DNA from: Arcobacteraceae bacterium | GTDB lineage: Bacteria; Campylobacterota; Campylobacteria; Campylobacterales; Arcobacteraceae | Length of the DNA stretch: 64,000 nucleotides | Reading direction: 5' to 3' | NCBI GenBank assembly: GCA_965224485.1 | Contig: CBDCZH010000016.1 | Location: 192,001 to 256,000 of the forward strand | Shown here: one piece after another, positions 28,337 to 37,701 of the stretch | Position numbering within the stretch: the stretch's first letter is position 1 | Layout of the letters: every line of letters starts with the position of its first letter | Notes under the pieces: model-generated | The model's input: only the letters and a program-made list of their open reading frames with translations | The model's database searches: none | Told to the model about the DNA's origin: nothing | Position numbers and translations under genes: made by a program

Positions 28337-29785
28337 ATGAATAAATTACGTTTACATTTTGATGAATATCTCTCGATATTTATATTTATAATACTTTCTT
28401 TTTTTGCAGTATATACAGAATTTGCAGAAGTGTTTTTCAATTATACTAAAGATTATGAAGATTATGAACTTGATGAATCTTTAGGAATACTTCTCTCTTT
28501 TTCTTTAGTTTTAGCATTTTATTCTCATAAAAAATATCTTGATTTAAAACATAGTAAGGAACTTTTTTATAAGTTAAGTACAAGTGATACTTTAACAGGT
28601 TTATTAAATAGGGAAGCTTTTTTTAATGATCTTAAAGAAACAAGCGATTCTTATGTTGTATTAGTAAATATAATTGATTTTAAATCTATAAATAAAGTTT
28701 TGGGTTTTGCAAAATCTGATGAATTTTTAAAAGTTTTTAGTACAAAACTTTTTACAATTTCTTTAAATAACAAGGCTTTGAATTTATATAGACTTTATGG
28801 TGATGAGTTTGCTTTAATTTTAGATAAAAAGTTTGATATACATGAAACTTGTGAGAACATTACAAAAGAATTTGAACAAAATTCTATTACTTTTGAAAAA
28901 AACGATTTTCATATTTCAATAAACTTATCATATTCTGATATTGAACCAAAATTTTTGACTGCAACTCTAGCTATGCAAGAGTGTAAAAAATCTCTAGATA
29001 AAAATATAGTTTCTTATAAAAAAGAGTATTACAATTTACAAGAGAATAAAGATACTTTAAATATGTTAACAGTAATAAAAAATGCAATTTTTTCTGATGA
29101 TATCATTCCTGTATATCATTCTATTATTGATAATAAAACACAAGAAATATACAAATATGAAACATTAGCTAGAATAAAACAAAAAAATAATGAATTATTA
29201 TCACCTTATTTTTTTATTGAATTATCTAAAAAATTTAAACTATATCCTTCTATTACAAAAAATATTATAAAAAAATCTTTTAATGATTTTAAACATAATA
29301 ATATGAACTTTTCAATTAACTTTTCATATTTAGATATTCATAATGAACAAATATTAAACTATTTTTATAAAATATTAAAAGACAATGTTCAAACTGCAAA
29401 AAGATTAACCATAGAGATACTTGAAACTGAAAATATTACTTCATATGAAGAATTACTGTCTTTTAGGCATATGATTAAAAAATATGGATGTAAGTTAGCT
29501 ATTGATGACTTTGGAGCTGGATATTCTAATTGGATAAATATTTTACAAATTAAACCTGATTTTATAAAACTTGATGGTTCTTTAATTCAAAATCTTTTAT
29601 TAACTAATGAGAGTAAAAATCTAGTTAAATCTATTGTTTCTTTTTCAAGAGAAAATAATATTAAAACAATTGCAGAATATGTATCAAATAAAGAGTTAGC
29701 AATTTTAGTAAATGAGTTAGGAATTGATTATTCTCAAGGTTATTATTATTCCCAACCTGTAGAAATAAATAAAATAGAATACTAA
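28337..29785 (+). CDS. Membrane-anchored GGDEF(degenerate)-EAL protein, probable c-di-GMP phosphodiesterase
   Basis: DTLTGLLNR, YRLYGDEF, ETLARI, EILETE, AIDDFGAGYSN, IKLDGS, IAEYV and SQGYYYS motifs. Confidence 0.9.
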   Translation: MNKLRLHFDEYLSIFIFIILSFFAVYTEFAEVFFNYTKDYEDYELDESLGILLSFSLVLAFYSHKKYLDLKHSKELFYKLSTSDTLTGLLNREAFFNDLKETSDSYVVLVNIIDFKSINKVLGFAKSDEFLKVFSTKLFTISLNNKALNLYRLYGDEFALILDKKFDIHETCENITKEFEQNSITFEKNDFHISINLSYSDIEPKFLTATLAMQECKKSLDKNIVSYKKEYYNLQENKDTLNMLTVIKNAIFSDDIIPVYHSIIDNKTQEIYKYETLARIKQKNNELLSPYFFIELSKKFKLYPSITKNIIKKSFNDFKHNNMNFSINFSYLDIHNEQILNYFYKILKDNVQTAKRLTIEILETENITSYEELLSFRHMIKKYGCKLAIDDFGAGYSNWINILQIKPDFIKLDGSLIQNLLLTNESKNLVKSIVSFSRENNIKTIAEYVSNKELAILVNELGIDYSQGYYYSQPVEINKIEY

Positions 29786-29921
29786 AAAATAATCTAAATA
29801 TTTATCCTTTAATTGTTAATCTATGTGCATTTAGGAAAAAATTACTTTAAAATAACCTAATAATTGCCAAAAAGATTAAAAAATAAGATATAATATTTTA
29901 ATTTTAATAAGGAGTCTTATT

Positions 29922-30854
29922 ATGAATTTATTGAGTAAAGTTATATTATTACTACTTTCTTTAATAATTTTAATCATATCTTGTGTTTATAATCACGTCG
30001 AAGAACTAGAAAATAAAAATCCAATATTTGATATACCAAATAAATTAGAAAATTTTATAAAAAATGAACTTTTTATTGAAAATGAAAATACAGATAATTT
30101 AGAAGAAAATTTTAAAAAAACAAAAGAACCTTTATCTAATATTTTAGATGAAAATGAAAGTATAGAAAAATTTAACGTTTTAGAAGATGTAAAACAAGAA
30201 GATAAAATAGAAGCTAATCTTAACTTACAAAATAATGTAGAAATTATAAGTAAAAAAGAAAATGTTGATATCAAAATAAATCCTCTAAAAATAGAAGATA
30301 AAATTATCAAAAAAGATAATTTAGAGAATATAGATAAAGTAAATAAATTAGAGAAAAAAGATGTTTCAGATAAAAAATACATAAAAGTATTATTGAAAAC
30401 TAAGTTATTAAAAGAAGACAAGGTAGAGAGTAAAGAAGTAGTATCTTCTCCTATTGCCAAAGATGAATCTTTTAGTAAAAATAGTAATTTATTAATTCAA
30501 AAAGAAATAAATGAAGAAATTAAGAAACAAAGAATTATTTTTAAAATAAAAAGTTTCAAACTTTCAAATAAGAGTTATATACTTATTAAAAAAATTGCTC
30601 TTATTTTAAAAAAGAATAAAGATATAAGAATTGAAGTAGCTGGTCATACTGATGCAAAAGGTGATGAAAAAGTAAATCAATATTATTCTTTTAATAGAGC
30701 AAAAATAGTTAAAAAAGAGTTAGTGAAATATGGAATTAATAAATCAAGAATAGTAGCTAAAGGTTATGGAGAGAGTAAACCTTTAGTTAAAAATGACCCT
30801 CAAGGTTATTCGAAAATTAATAGAAGAGTAGAATTTAATATAATAGAGGAATAA
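29922..30854 (+). CDS. OmpA/MotB C-terminal domain protein with N-terminal anchor and low-complexity linker
   Basis: IEVAGHTDAKG, NQYYSFNRA, GYGESKP and NRRVEF motifs. Confidence 0.88.
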   Translation: MNLLSKVILLLLSLIILIISCVYNHVEELENKNPIFDIPNKLENFIKNELFIENENTDNLEENFKKTKEPLSNILDENESIEKFNVLEDVKQEDKIEANLNLQNNVEIISKKENVDIKINPLKIEDKIIKKDNLENIDKVNKLEKKDVSDKKYIKVLLKTKLLKEDKVESKEVVSSPIAKDESFSKNSNLLIQKEINEEIKKQRIIFKIKSFKLSNKSYILIKKIALILKKNKDIRIEVAGHTDAKGDEKVNQYYSFNRAKIVKKELVKYGINKSRIVAKGYGESKPLVKNDPQGYSKINRRVEFNIIEE

Positions 30855-30858
30855 AAAA

Positions 30859-31251
30859 ATGAGTAGTTTAGCTTTAGAAATTGTTTATTGTTTATTGATT
30901 GCTGCCTTTATTGGCTTTTTAATTGGATATTTAATTGGAAAAGCAAGTGCTGTTAAAAGATGTGGTAATTCATTTACAAATAATTCTTATAAAAAACAAG
31001 GTAATATTTACCACAAACCTTTTATTTTAAGTAATGCAAGACCTTCAGGAGCAGATGAACTTACTTTAGTTGATGGAATTGATAATACAATTAAAACAAA
31101 ATTAAATTCTATGGGTATTTTTCATATTGATCAAATAGCTAACTGGAGTAATGATAACGCAATTTGGGTTGATAATTTTTTAGAATTAGAAAAAAAACCA
31201 CAAAACGAGAATTGGAGTTCTCAAGCAAAAGAGTTATTAAAACAGAAGTAA
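30859..31251 (+). CDS. Membrane-anchored protein with C-terminal helix-hairpin-helix-like domain
   Basis: TM segment LLIAAFIGFLIGY, then DELTLVDGI...LNSMGIFHIDQIANW...WSSQAKEL. Confidence 0.7.
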   Translation: MSSLALEIVYCLLIAAFIGFLIGYLIGKASAVKRCGNSFTNNSYKKQGNIYHKPFILSNARPSGADELTLVDGIDNTIKTKLNSMGIFHIDQIANWSNDNAIWVDNFLELEKKPQNENWSSQAKELLKQK

Positions 31252-31252
31252 T

Positions 31253-31284
31253 AAAGGTAGTTTAAATTTTTAAACTACTTCTTT
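31253..31284. terminator. Hairpin between convergent genes
   Basis: GTAGTTTAAA-t-TTTAAACTAC flanked by A/T tracts. Confidence 0.55.
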
Positions 31285-31314
31285 ATACCTAATTCTAACT
31301 ATTTCCTAATTTTC

Positions 31315-32709
31315 TTAATGTCCTCTAAGTTCATCTTTTGCTCTTTGTATTAATTCATTTATTTTTTCTTCATAAAAAAAGGCTGTTTTTTCATTGTTGG
31401 ATTCAAATCTTGTAACTAAAACAGGAGTTGTATTTGAAGCTCTAACTAAGGCCCAACCATTTTCAAAAACAATTCTAACTCCATCAATATCAAAAATATT
31501 TATGATTTTAGGAAAATCTTTTGTAGGGTTTTTCAATAATTCTTTTACTTTAGCAACTAATAAGAACTTTTCTTCTTCACTAGTTTCTACTTTAATCTCT
31601 TCACTTGAAAATACTTTAGGGAGTTTTGCTATTTCTTCATCAACATCCATACCATTTTGTAATAATTCTAAAATTCTAAGAGTTACGTAAATTGCATCAT
31701 CAAAACCAAAATACCTATCATTAAAGAATATATGACCAGAAACCTCAGCCGCCATATGTGCATTTACTTCTTTTAGTTTTACTTTTAAATTGCTATGTCC
31801 GGTTTTATACATAATAGCAGTTCCTGTTTCATTGATCAAATCATACATTATTTGAGAACATTTAACTTCTCCAACAATTATAGGATTTTTCATAGTTTTT
31901 GAAAATAATATAGCTAAAATATCACCTTTAATATTGTTTTTCTTTGTTAAAAAGGCAATTCTATCTGCATCTCCATCATAGGCAAATGCATAATCAAACT
32001 CTTTTTCTAAGGCTTTTTTTACATCTTTTAAATTCTCTTCAACACTTGGATCTGGATGATGGTTAGGAAATGTACCATCAGGTTTACAATAGATTCCCTC
32101 ATAATTAAGCTCTAAGCCATCTAAAATACTTGTAATAACAGTATCAGCAACACCATTTCCACAATCAATTATAAACTTCTTTTTGAAACTTTTTAAATGT
32201 GCGAACTCTTTTAGCATATAGTCTATATATAAAGATTTTACATCTATCTCCTTATATCTTGTATCATCTGCTATTAACATATGTTCATTTTTTATAATTT
32301 CATCACCCATCTCATATATATCATTGGCAAAAAATGGCTTATTTTCTATTGTAATTTTGAAACCATTATAAGGACTTGGATTATGACTTCCTGTAATCAT
32401 TACAGAAGCATTTACGCTCTTATTATCAAACTCTTGATAAGTAGCAAAATAATTAACCCCAGTTGCTACCATACCCATACCTAGAACTTCACAACCAGCT
32501 TTATTAAAGCCTGAGCATAAGTATTGAAATAACTCTGGTGAGTGGCTTCTGGCATCATAACCAATTACTATACAAGGATTAGAGTTTTTTGATCTTTTAA
32601 TAGTTTCTAAACCTAAGAAATAACCTATTAGTTTTGTGCTTGTTTCATTTAGCTCTTTGTTTATAATGCCTCTTATATCATACTCTCTAAAAATTGATTT
32701 ATTAATCAT
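31315..32709 (-). CDS. Phosphomannomutase/phosphoglucomutase
   Basis: FREYDIRG, ITGSHNP, YDGDADR and RASNTTP motifs. Confidence 0.95.
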   Translation of the reverse strand: MINKSIFREYDIRGIINKELNETSTKLIGYFLGLETIKRSKNSNPCIVIGYDARSHSPELFQYLCSGFNKAGCEVLGMGMVATGVNYFATYQEFDNKSVNASVMITGSHNPSPYNGFKITIENKPFFANDIYEMGDEIIKNEHMLIADDTRYKEIDVKSLYIDYMLKEFAHLKSFKKKFIIDCGNGVADTVITSILDGLELNYEGIYCKPDGTFPNHHPDPSVEENLKDVKKALEKEFDYAFAYDGDADRIAFLTKKNNIKGDILAILFSKTMKNPIIVGEVKCSQIMYDLINETGTAIMYKTGHSNLKVKLKEVNAHMAAEVSGHIFFNDRYFGFDDAIYVTLRILELLQNGMDVDEEIAKLPKVFSSEEIKVETSEEEKFLLVAKVKELLKNPTKDFPKIINIFDIDGVRIVFENGWALVRASNTTPVLVTRFESNNEKTAFFYEEKINELIQRAKDELRGH

Positions 32710-32802
32710 AAACTGCCTTAAATATTTTTAATTTATTATATCAAATACAGTTAAAAAAGTTTATGAGTATGTTACAATTACTCCACATACTAAAGAGGAT
32801 AT

Positions 32803-33462
32803 ATGAAAAAACTTAGATTATTGCTTGTTGAAGATGATGAAATAGCAAGAGAAAATATGTATGAATATTTGGAAGATAGTTTTGAGTTGATTTATGAAGC
32901 TAAAGATGGTTTAGAAGCGTATAAACTATATAAACAACATCTTCCTGATATTATAATCTCTGATATACAAATGCCTAAAATATCTGGTTTAGAGTTAGTT
33001 AGTAAAATTAGAAAAGAAGATAAAAAGACACAAATTATAATTACCACTGCTTATTGTTCCCAAGAGTACTTTTTAAAAGCAATTGAATTAGGTCTTGTTA
33101 AGTATTTAATTAAGCCTATAAAAGAGAATGAATTATTAGAAGCTATAAATATTTGTTGCTCAAATCTTGAAAGTACAAATATACTTAATCTAAAAGACAA
33201 CTATTATTTTGATATTTACAATAAGGTATTATTTAAAAATAAAGAAATTATTAAACTAAGAGCAAAAGAGCTTTTACTCTTAGAACTTTTACTTAAAAAT
33301 AAAAATAGATATGTAACTTACAAGGAAATTGAGAATTATGTTTGGTTTTTAGATGTTATGAGTAAAGATGCAATAAAAACCTTAGTAAAGAATTTAAAAA
33401 TAAAACTTCCTTTAGATTCTTTATTGAACCTTTCAAAAACAGGATATAAAATTGATACTTGA
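32803..33462 (+). CDS. OmpR-family response regulator
   Basis: VEDD, DIQMP and KP receiver motifs, plus winged helix. Confidence 0.92.
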   Translation: MKKLRLLLVEDDEIARENMYEYLEDSFELIYEAKDGLEAYKLYKQHLPDIIISDIQMPKISGLELVSKIRKEDKKTQIIITTAYCSQEYFLKAIELGLVKYLIKPIKENELLEAINICCSNLESTNILNLKDNYYFDIYNKVLFKNKEIIKLRAKELLLLELLLKNKNRYVTYKEIENYVWFLDVMSKDAIKTLVKNLKIKLPLDSLLNLSKTGYKIDT

Positions 33463-34759
33463 TGCAAATCTAATTCTTGTTTATGGAATTACCTTTGGAA
33501 TAGTTTTAATGACGATAATTTATACCTTTGTTCGTTATCTTTATTCTAAAGATTTTACTTATTTATCATATGCTTTTGTTCAGTTCTTTTCTCTACTTTT
33601 TATAATAACGCATAGTGGGCTTTTTGATATTCCTTTAATATATAAAGATTTTTCTCTTGTTCTTGCTTCTGTTTTTGCTGTTGTTTTTGCTCTTGCTTAT
33701 TCAAAAGGAAAAATTTTTCCTGTTATTAAAAATCAAAAAAGTCTTTTTATTTATACATCTTTATTAATTTTCATAATAGCAACCGCTTTTTATCATTATA
33801 TATTATTTGAATATCTTCCTTATACTATAATTTATTTTTTACTTTTTACTACTTTAGTTTTTAATGTAAAAGAAAATATTTATGCAAAAGCTGTTTATGT
33901 TGTAGGCTGGTCACTTGTTTGTTTGATATTTTACTTCACAAATATAAAATCATTATATATGGCAGAAGGTTTTTTAAATTTGCTTCTTTTGGCTTTTGCA
34001 GTTGAAGCATTATTATTTACAGTTTCAATCTCTTATTCATATAAGTCTTTAGAAAATCAAAATACACAATATGCTGCTATGTTACTTCATCAATCAAAAC
34101 TAGCTAAAACAGGACAGATGATAGGAAATATTACTCACCAGTTTAGACAGCCTTTAAATAATATATCGTATATTTTTATGAATATTAAAAAAGCTTTTAA
34201 TAAGGGTACTTTAGATGAAATATATTTAAATAAGAAATATGAACAAGCCACTTTTCAACTAGATTTTTTAGCAAAAACTATTGAGGATTTTAAGAACTTT
34301 TATGAGCCTAAAAAAATTAAAAGTGATTTTAAATTAAAAGATGCAATTACAACGGCACTTACAATTATAAGCTCTGATTTTAAAAAAGCAGAAGTATCTT
34401 GTATTTTGGATTTTCAAATTTATGAAGAGTTTGAGATTTATGGAATTCAAAATGAACTATCTCAAGTTATTTTGATTATTCTCTCAAATGCTAAAGATGC
34501 TTTAAAAAATATTCAAAATAAAGAAATTATTATTACTGTAGAAGCAATACAATCAGATATTCTTATAAAAATATCTGATAATGCAAATGGCATAAAAGAT
34601 ATAAACTCTTTATTTAAAGCATATTATTCAAGTAAAAAAGATGGTTTTGGAATAGGTTTATATTTGGCAAAAAGTATAATTCAAGAGAGTTTTTTAGGTA
34701 AAATAACAGGAAAGAATCTAAAAAAGGGTGCTTGTTTCACCCTTCTTTTACCTAAGTAG
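33452..34759 (+). CDS. Multi-TM sensor histidine kinase
   Basis: Hydrophobic N-terminal half; NITHQFRQPL H-box; NAKDA, DNANGI and GFGIGLY boxes. Confidence 0.92.
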   Translation: MILDANLILVYGITFGIVLMTIIYTFVRYLYSKDFTYLSYAFVQFFSLLFIITHSGLFDIPLIYKDFSLVLASVFAVVFALAYSKGKIFPVIKNQKSLFIYTSLLIFIIATAFYHYILFEYLPYTIIYFLLFTTLVFNVKENIYAKAVYVVGWSLVCLIFYFTNIKSLYMAEGFLNLLLLAFAVEALLFTVSISYSYKSLENQNTQYAAMLLHQSKLAKTGQMIGNITHQFRQPLNNISYIFMNIKKAFNKGTLDEIYLNKKYEQATFQLDFLAKTIEDFKNFYEPKKIKSDFKLKDAITTALTIISSDFKKAEVSCILDFQIYEEFEIYGIQNELSQVILIILSNAKDALKNIQNKEIIITVEAIQSDILIKISDNANGIKDINSLFKAYYSSKKDGFGIGLYLAKSIIQESFLGKITGKNLKKGACFTLLLPK

Positions 34760-36097
34760 AGTACTTTTAGGATAGATAAATGATATAACTTTATTCACTT
34801 TAATAGCTGGATCTTCTTTTGTATATGCTGTAATATCTAATTTAATGGCTGTATCTTTTATTTTAGAGAAAACTAAACCCTTTTTTGCTTCTACAATAAA
34901 TACTGTTCGTCTTCTTTGATTTGCTTTAAGTTTAAGATTTTTAAATCTTTTAATACTAAAGTTCTTGTTTTTTATTTTTATCTGGTATGTATGAGTTTTA
35001 TCTAAACGATTATGAAAACTAAGAATATAATTATTACTTACTATATTGTTTTTTACTTTATATAAGTTTGTTGTTTTATTTACATGCAATAAAAAAGGTT
35101 CTTTCTTTTGTGCTGTAAAAAAAGCAAAAAGCATGGCTATAGAGATAATTATAATATATAATATATTTCTTTTTGAAAATAGTTTAATTTTAATGTTGTT
35201 AAAGGTTGTATTTGGATTATCCCAGATTACTAAACTCTTTTTATTTAGTTTGCCCATAACAGTGGTACAGGCATCAACACATTCAAGACAATTTATACAC
35301 TCAATTTGTAAACCTTTTCGAATATCAATATTAGCAGGACATACTTTTACACAGGCCTCACAAGTAGTACACTCAGAATCTAAAGCGCTAAAGTTTTTAA
35401 AATCTTTTACCTTAAAAATACTTTTTTTACCATTTTCATAAATTATACCACCTCTATTGTGGTTATATAAAGCTTGAGTAGTGTTTTTATCATATAAGGC
35501 TGATTGCATCATTGCATAAGGACACATATAAGTACAAAAATTTTCTTTTAAAAATACAATATCATAAAATAAAAAAGACGTAATCCCTAGAGCAAAAGAG
35601 GATAAAAGCATATGATCTTTTGGATGCAGTAAATATGTAAAAAGATCTTCACTTGCAATAAAATATAATAAAAAGTTAATAGAGATTACAAAACAAATTA
35701 TTAACCATAAAAGTAAAGAAATATATTTTCGTATATACTTACTTATTTTATTATAAACAATATCTTTTTGTTTATTTTTTATTACTCTTAAGTCTAAAAT
35801 TGTTGATTCAATTAAATCTCTATATATAACTCTAAAGATTGTTTGTGGACAGGCCCAACCGCACCAAATTCTTCCTTGGATAGAAGTAAGTGCAAAAATA
35901 AATAAGAATAATGTCATTAATAAAAAAGGCATAATTAAAAGTTCATCCATATTAAAAGAAAGACCAAAAAAATGAAACTGCATTTTATCAAATGACAAGA
36001 GTAATAAATGTTTTTTATTTATTGTAAGAAAAGGCATAATCATGACAACAATACTGATAATAGAATAAGAAATATATCGTTTATATCTATAAGACAT
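34748..36097 (-). CDS. ccoG: Cytochrome c oxidase accessory Fe-S protein CcoG/RdxA
   Basis: GRIWCGWACPQT, FCTYMCPY, CTTCEACVKVCP and CINCLECVDAC motifs. Confidence 0.92.
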   Translation of the reverse strand: MSYRYKRYISYSIISIVVMIMPFLTINKKHLLLLSFDKMQFHFFGLSFNMDELLIMPFLLMTLFLFIFALTSIQGRIWCGWACPQTIFRVIYRDLIESTILDLRVIKNKQKDIVYNKISKYIRKYISLLLWLIICFVISINFLLYFIASEDLFTYLLHPKDHMLLSSFALGITSFLFYDIVFLKENFCTYMCPYAMMQSALYDKNTTQALYNHNRGGIIYENGKKSIFKVKDFKNFSALDSECTTCEACVKVCPANIDIRKGLQIECINCLECVDACTTVMGKLNKKSLVIWDNPNTTFNNIKIKLFSKRNILYIIIISIAMLFAFFTAQKKEPFLLHVNKTTNLYKVKNNIVSNNYILSFHNRLDKTHTYQIKIKNKNFSIKRFKNLKLKANQRRRTVFIVEAKKGLVFSKIKDTAIKLDITAYTKEDPAIKVNKVISFIYPKSTLLR

Positions 36098-36169
36098 AGA
36101 AACTCCTTTTTTTAAGTATAAAGAAAAAAGGTGTTCTAAAAGTGGTGCTTAATTCTTAGTTTTTAAAAG

Positions 36170-36694
36170 CTATCTTTCTAAACTAAGTAAAAAATCTTTA
36201 TTCATAACTCCCCCTGCATAACCACCTAATTTTCCATTTTTTTGAATGACTCTATGACAAGGAATTATTATAGATATCATATTTTTAGCATTTGCATTTG
36301 CAACGGCTCTACAAGCCTTCTCCTTAGACATCAACTTGGCTTCTTCTTGATATGAAATTGTTTTTGAATAAGGAATATTCAGTAAAACTTTCCATACTTC
36401 TTTTTGGAAACTTGTTCCTATTATGTGCAAAGGAATATCAAAAACTTCTCTTTTTTTATTAAAATATTCGTTAAGCTGTATTTTTAATTGATCAAAGAAA
36501 ATATTATGTCCTGGTAAAAACTCAGCATTTAACTCTTTTTTTACCTTAGATATCTGCTCATCTATTTTATTTGAAGTATAAAAACTTAAGATACAAATAC
36601 CTTTTTTACTTGAAGCACAAAGCATATCACCTATAGGTGTAGATATTAGACTTGTTGAAATAACTTGTTTCTTTTGGCTTTTAAATTCTCGCAT
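36170..36694 (-). CDS. ogt: Methylated-DNA-protein-cysteine methyltransferase
   Basis: GTSFQKEVW and the IPCHRVI active site. Confidence 0.92.
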   Translation of the reverse strand: MREFKSQKKQVISTSLISTPIGDMLCASSKKGICILSFYTSNKIDEQISKVKKELNAEFLPGHNIFFDQLKIQLNEYFNKKREVFDIPLHIIGTSFQKEVWKVLLNIPYSKTISYQEEAKLMSKEKACRAVANANAKNMISIIIPCHRVIQKNGKLGGYAGGVMNKDFLLSLER

Positions 36695-36774
36695 GAATAA
36701 ATCCTTATACTTTATTCTAGCATAATGTATAAAATTAAATGAATTTATTTATTATTATTATGTTATTATAATAT

Positions 36775-37701
36775 ATGAAAAAATTATTATTACTATTAGT
36801 TTTTGTTGGGTTTTTATTTTCAAATGCGATAATTACTCCTATTGAATTAGAAGCTACTTATAATAAAGAGAAAGCTTTACTTGGAAAAAAACTGTTTTTT
36901 GAGACAAAATTAAGTTCAACTAATAACATTTCATGTTTTTCTTGCCACAATCTATATGAAGGTGGTGATGATAATAGGGAACTTGCTCTTGGAGTAAATG
37001 GTAAAATTGGAAAGGTTAACTCTCCTACACTTTTAAATGTAAAATATAATGTTTATCTATCAGTAGATGGAAGAACAAAAGATTTAAAAAAACAAATTTT
37101 AGACCCAATACATAATAAAGTTGAGATGGCTAGTGATTTTAAAACTATTATTAAAAAGCTTAAAAAAGATATTTATTACAAAAAAACATTTTTAAAAGTT
37201 TATGATGAAGAAATAAATGAGAATAATATTATTGATGCATTAGTCGAGTTTGAAAAAGCTCTAATAACTCCAAACTCAAGTTTTGATAAATATTTAAGAG
37301 GTGATAAAACAGCTCTAAATAATGATGAAAAAGAGGGTTATGCTTTGTTTAAATCTTATGGTTGTATTTCTTGCCATAATGGGGTTAATTTAGGTGCTAA
37401 TCTTTTTCACAAAATTGGAATAATTAAAGAGTTTGACATGGAAGAAGATGAATCTTTAGGTCGCTATAATGTAACAAAAAATATTGAAGATAAATACTTC
37501 TATAAAGTACCAATTCTTAGAAATATTTCTCTTACTGCTCCTTATTTTCATAACGGCAAAGTAAAAACTCTTTTAGAAGCAATAAATATAATGATTGAAT
37601 ATCAAGTAGGTATGAGTGCTAGTATTGATGAAGTAAAAAAAATAGAATCTTTCTTAAAAACTCTAAATGGAGACGTACCTTCTATATTGGATAAAATTTG
37701 A
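36775..37701 (+). CDS. Di-haem cytochrome c peroxidase (CCP/MauG) family protein
   Basis: Signal peptide, CFSCH, NSPT, CISCHNG and KVPILRNISLTAPYFHNG motifs. Confidence 0.9.
   Translation: MKKLLLLLVFVGFLFSNAIITPIELEATYNKEKALLGKKLFFETKLSSTNNISCFSCHNLYEGGDDNRELALGVNGKIGKVNSPTLLNVKYNVYLSVDGRTKDLKKQILDPIHNKVEMASDFKTIIKKLKKDIYYKKTFLKVYDEEINENNIIDALVEFEKALITPNSSFDKYLRGDKTALNNDEKEGYALFKSYGCISCHNGVNLGANLFHKIGIIKEFDMEEDESLGRYNVTKNIEDKYFYKVPILRNISLTAPYFHNGKVKTLLEAINIMIEYQVGMSASIDEVKKIESFLKTLNGDVPSILDKI

Noticed and set aside
30000..30480. Repeat-like K/E/N/D-rich stretch in the OmpA-domain gene
   Set aside because: Low-complexity linker with no discrete DNA repeat unit.
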